The notes below the pieces were generated by a model. It did no database searches, was not told where the DNA came from, and saw nothing but the letters and a program-made list of their open reading frames with translations. A stretch of DNA of 64,000 nucleotides from Octopus sinensis (lineage: Eukaryota): NCBI RefSeq assembly GCF_006345805.1, contig NC_043016.1:19344001-19408000 (forward strand), in the 5' to 3' direction. Position numbers and translations under genes: made by a program. This document shows, in pieces, positions 63,765 to 64,000 of this stretch. The stretch's first letter is position 1, and each line of letters begins with the position of its first letter.

Positions 63765-64000
63765 TCTATTAGGTTTAGCATAAGTTTAGCTAAGAAGGGA
63801 CGTAGAACAGGAGATGGTCTAGTTAAGGAACTAGAAGAAGCCTGGAGGACTGGTAATGCGGACTAAGCGAGGGTGAAAAGACTGGAGTTAAACCAGCATC
63901 TTGAAGCCCAACACATCGGAAGTATTGCCAAAGCTAAGTTAGGTGCGATGGGAAGTGAAGGAATCAAAGTTGCTGGATGGGCCCGAGTGGTGGAAGCTCG
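63765..64000 (+). mobile_element. Tx1-like ORF2 linker fragment running off the window
   Basis: LVKELEEAWRTG...LNQHLEAQHIGSIAKAKLGAMGSEGIKVAGWARVVEAR matches the left element's LVKVLEEALRTG...LDQHLNAKHEGCVVRARMRALRNEGVGAAQEARVVET. Confidence 0.75.

Overview
Repeat-dominated, AT-rich eukaryotic genomic DNA. The SINE, MITE and microsatellite landscape is the one I associate with octopod cephalopods (Octopus-like), but that assignment is from recognition, not a search. Most of the window is tRNA-derived SINEs (three families), LINE fragments (Tx1/L1-clade, CR1-group, RTE, and R4/Dong-like with a restriction-like endonuclease), a full-length degenerate Tc1 transposon, hAT and Tc1/mariner MITEs, Helentron-associated (HINE/DINE-1-like) elements and long compound microsatellites. 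The microsatellites generate most of the ORF track as artefacts. There is one 100-N scaffold gap. Three non-repeat signals stand out. (1) An intronless Arg/Lys/Cys-rich protamine-like ORF (47856-48179, minus) with a palindromic CRE upstream and a protamine-like sequence continuing past its stop codon. (2) A perfect seven-pentamer heat-shock element with ETS sites, TATA box and initiator (about 60290-60397, minus), whose transcript I could not identify. (3) An intronless, frameshifted SCLT1-like coiled-coil retrocopy (about 29370-30262). A hAT MITE family carrying a variable-length TTAGGG tract, multimeric SINEs and several local inverted or templated duplications are also notable. All protein assignments rest on manual translation and remembered family motifs.
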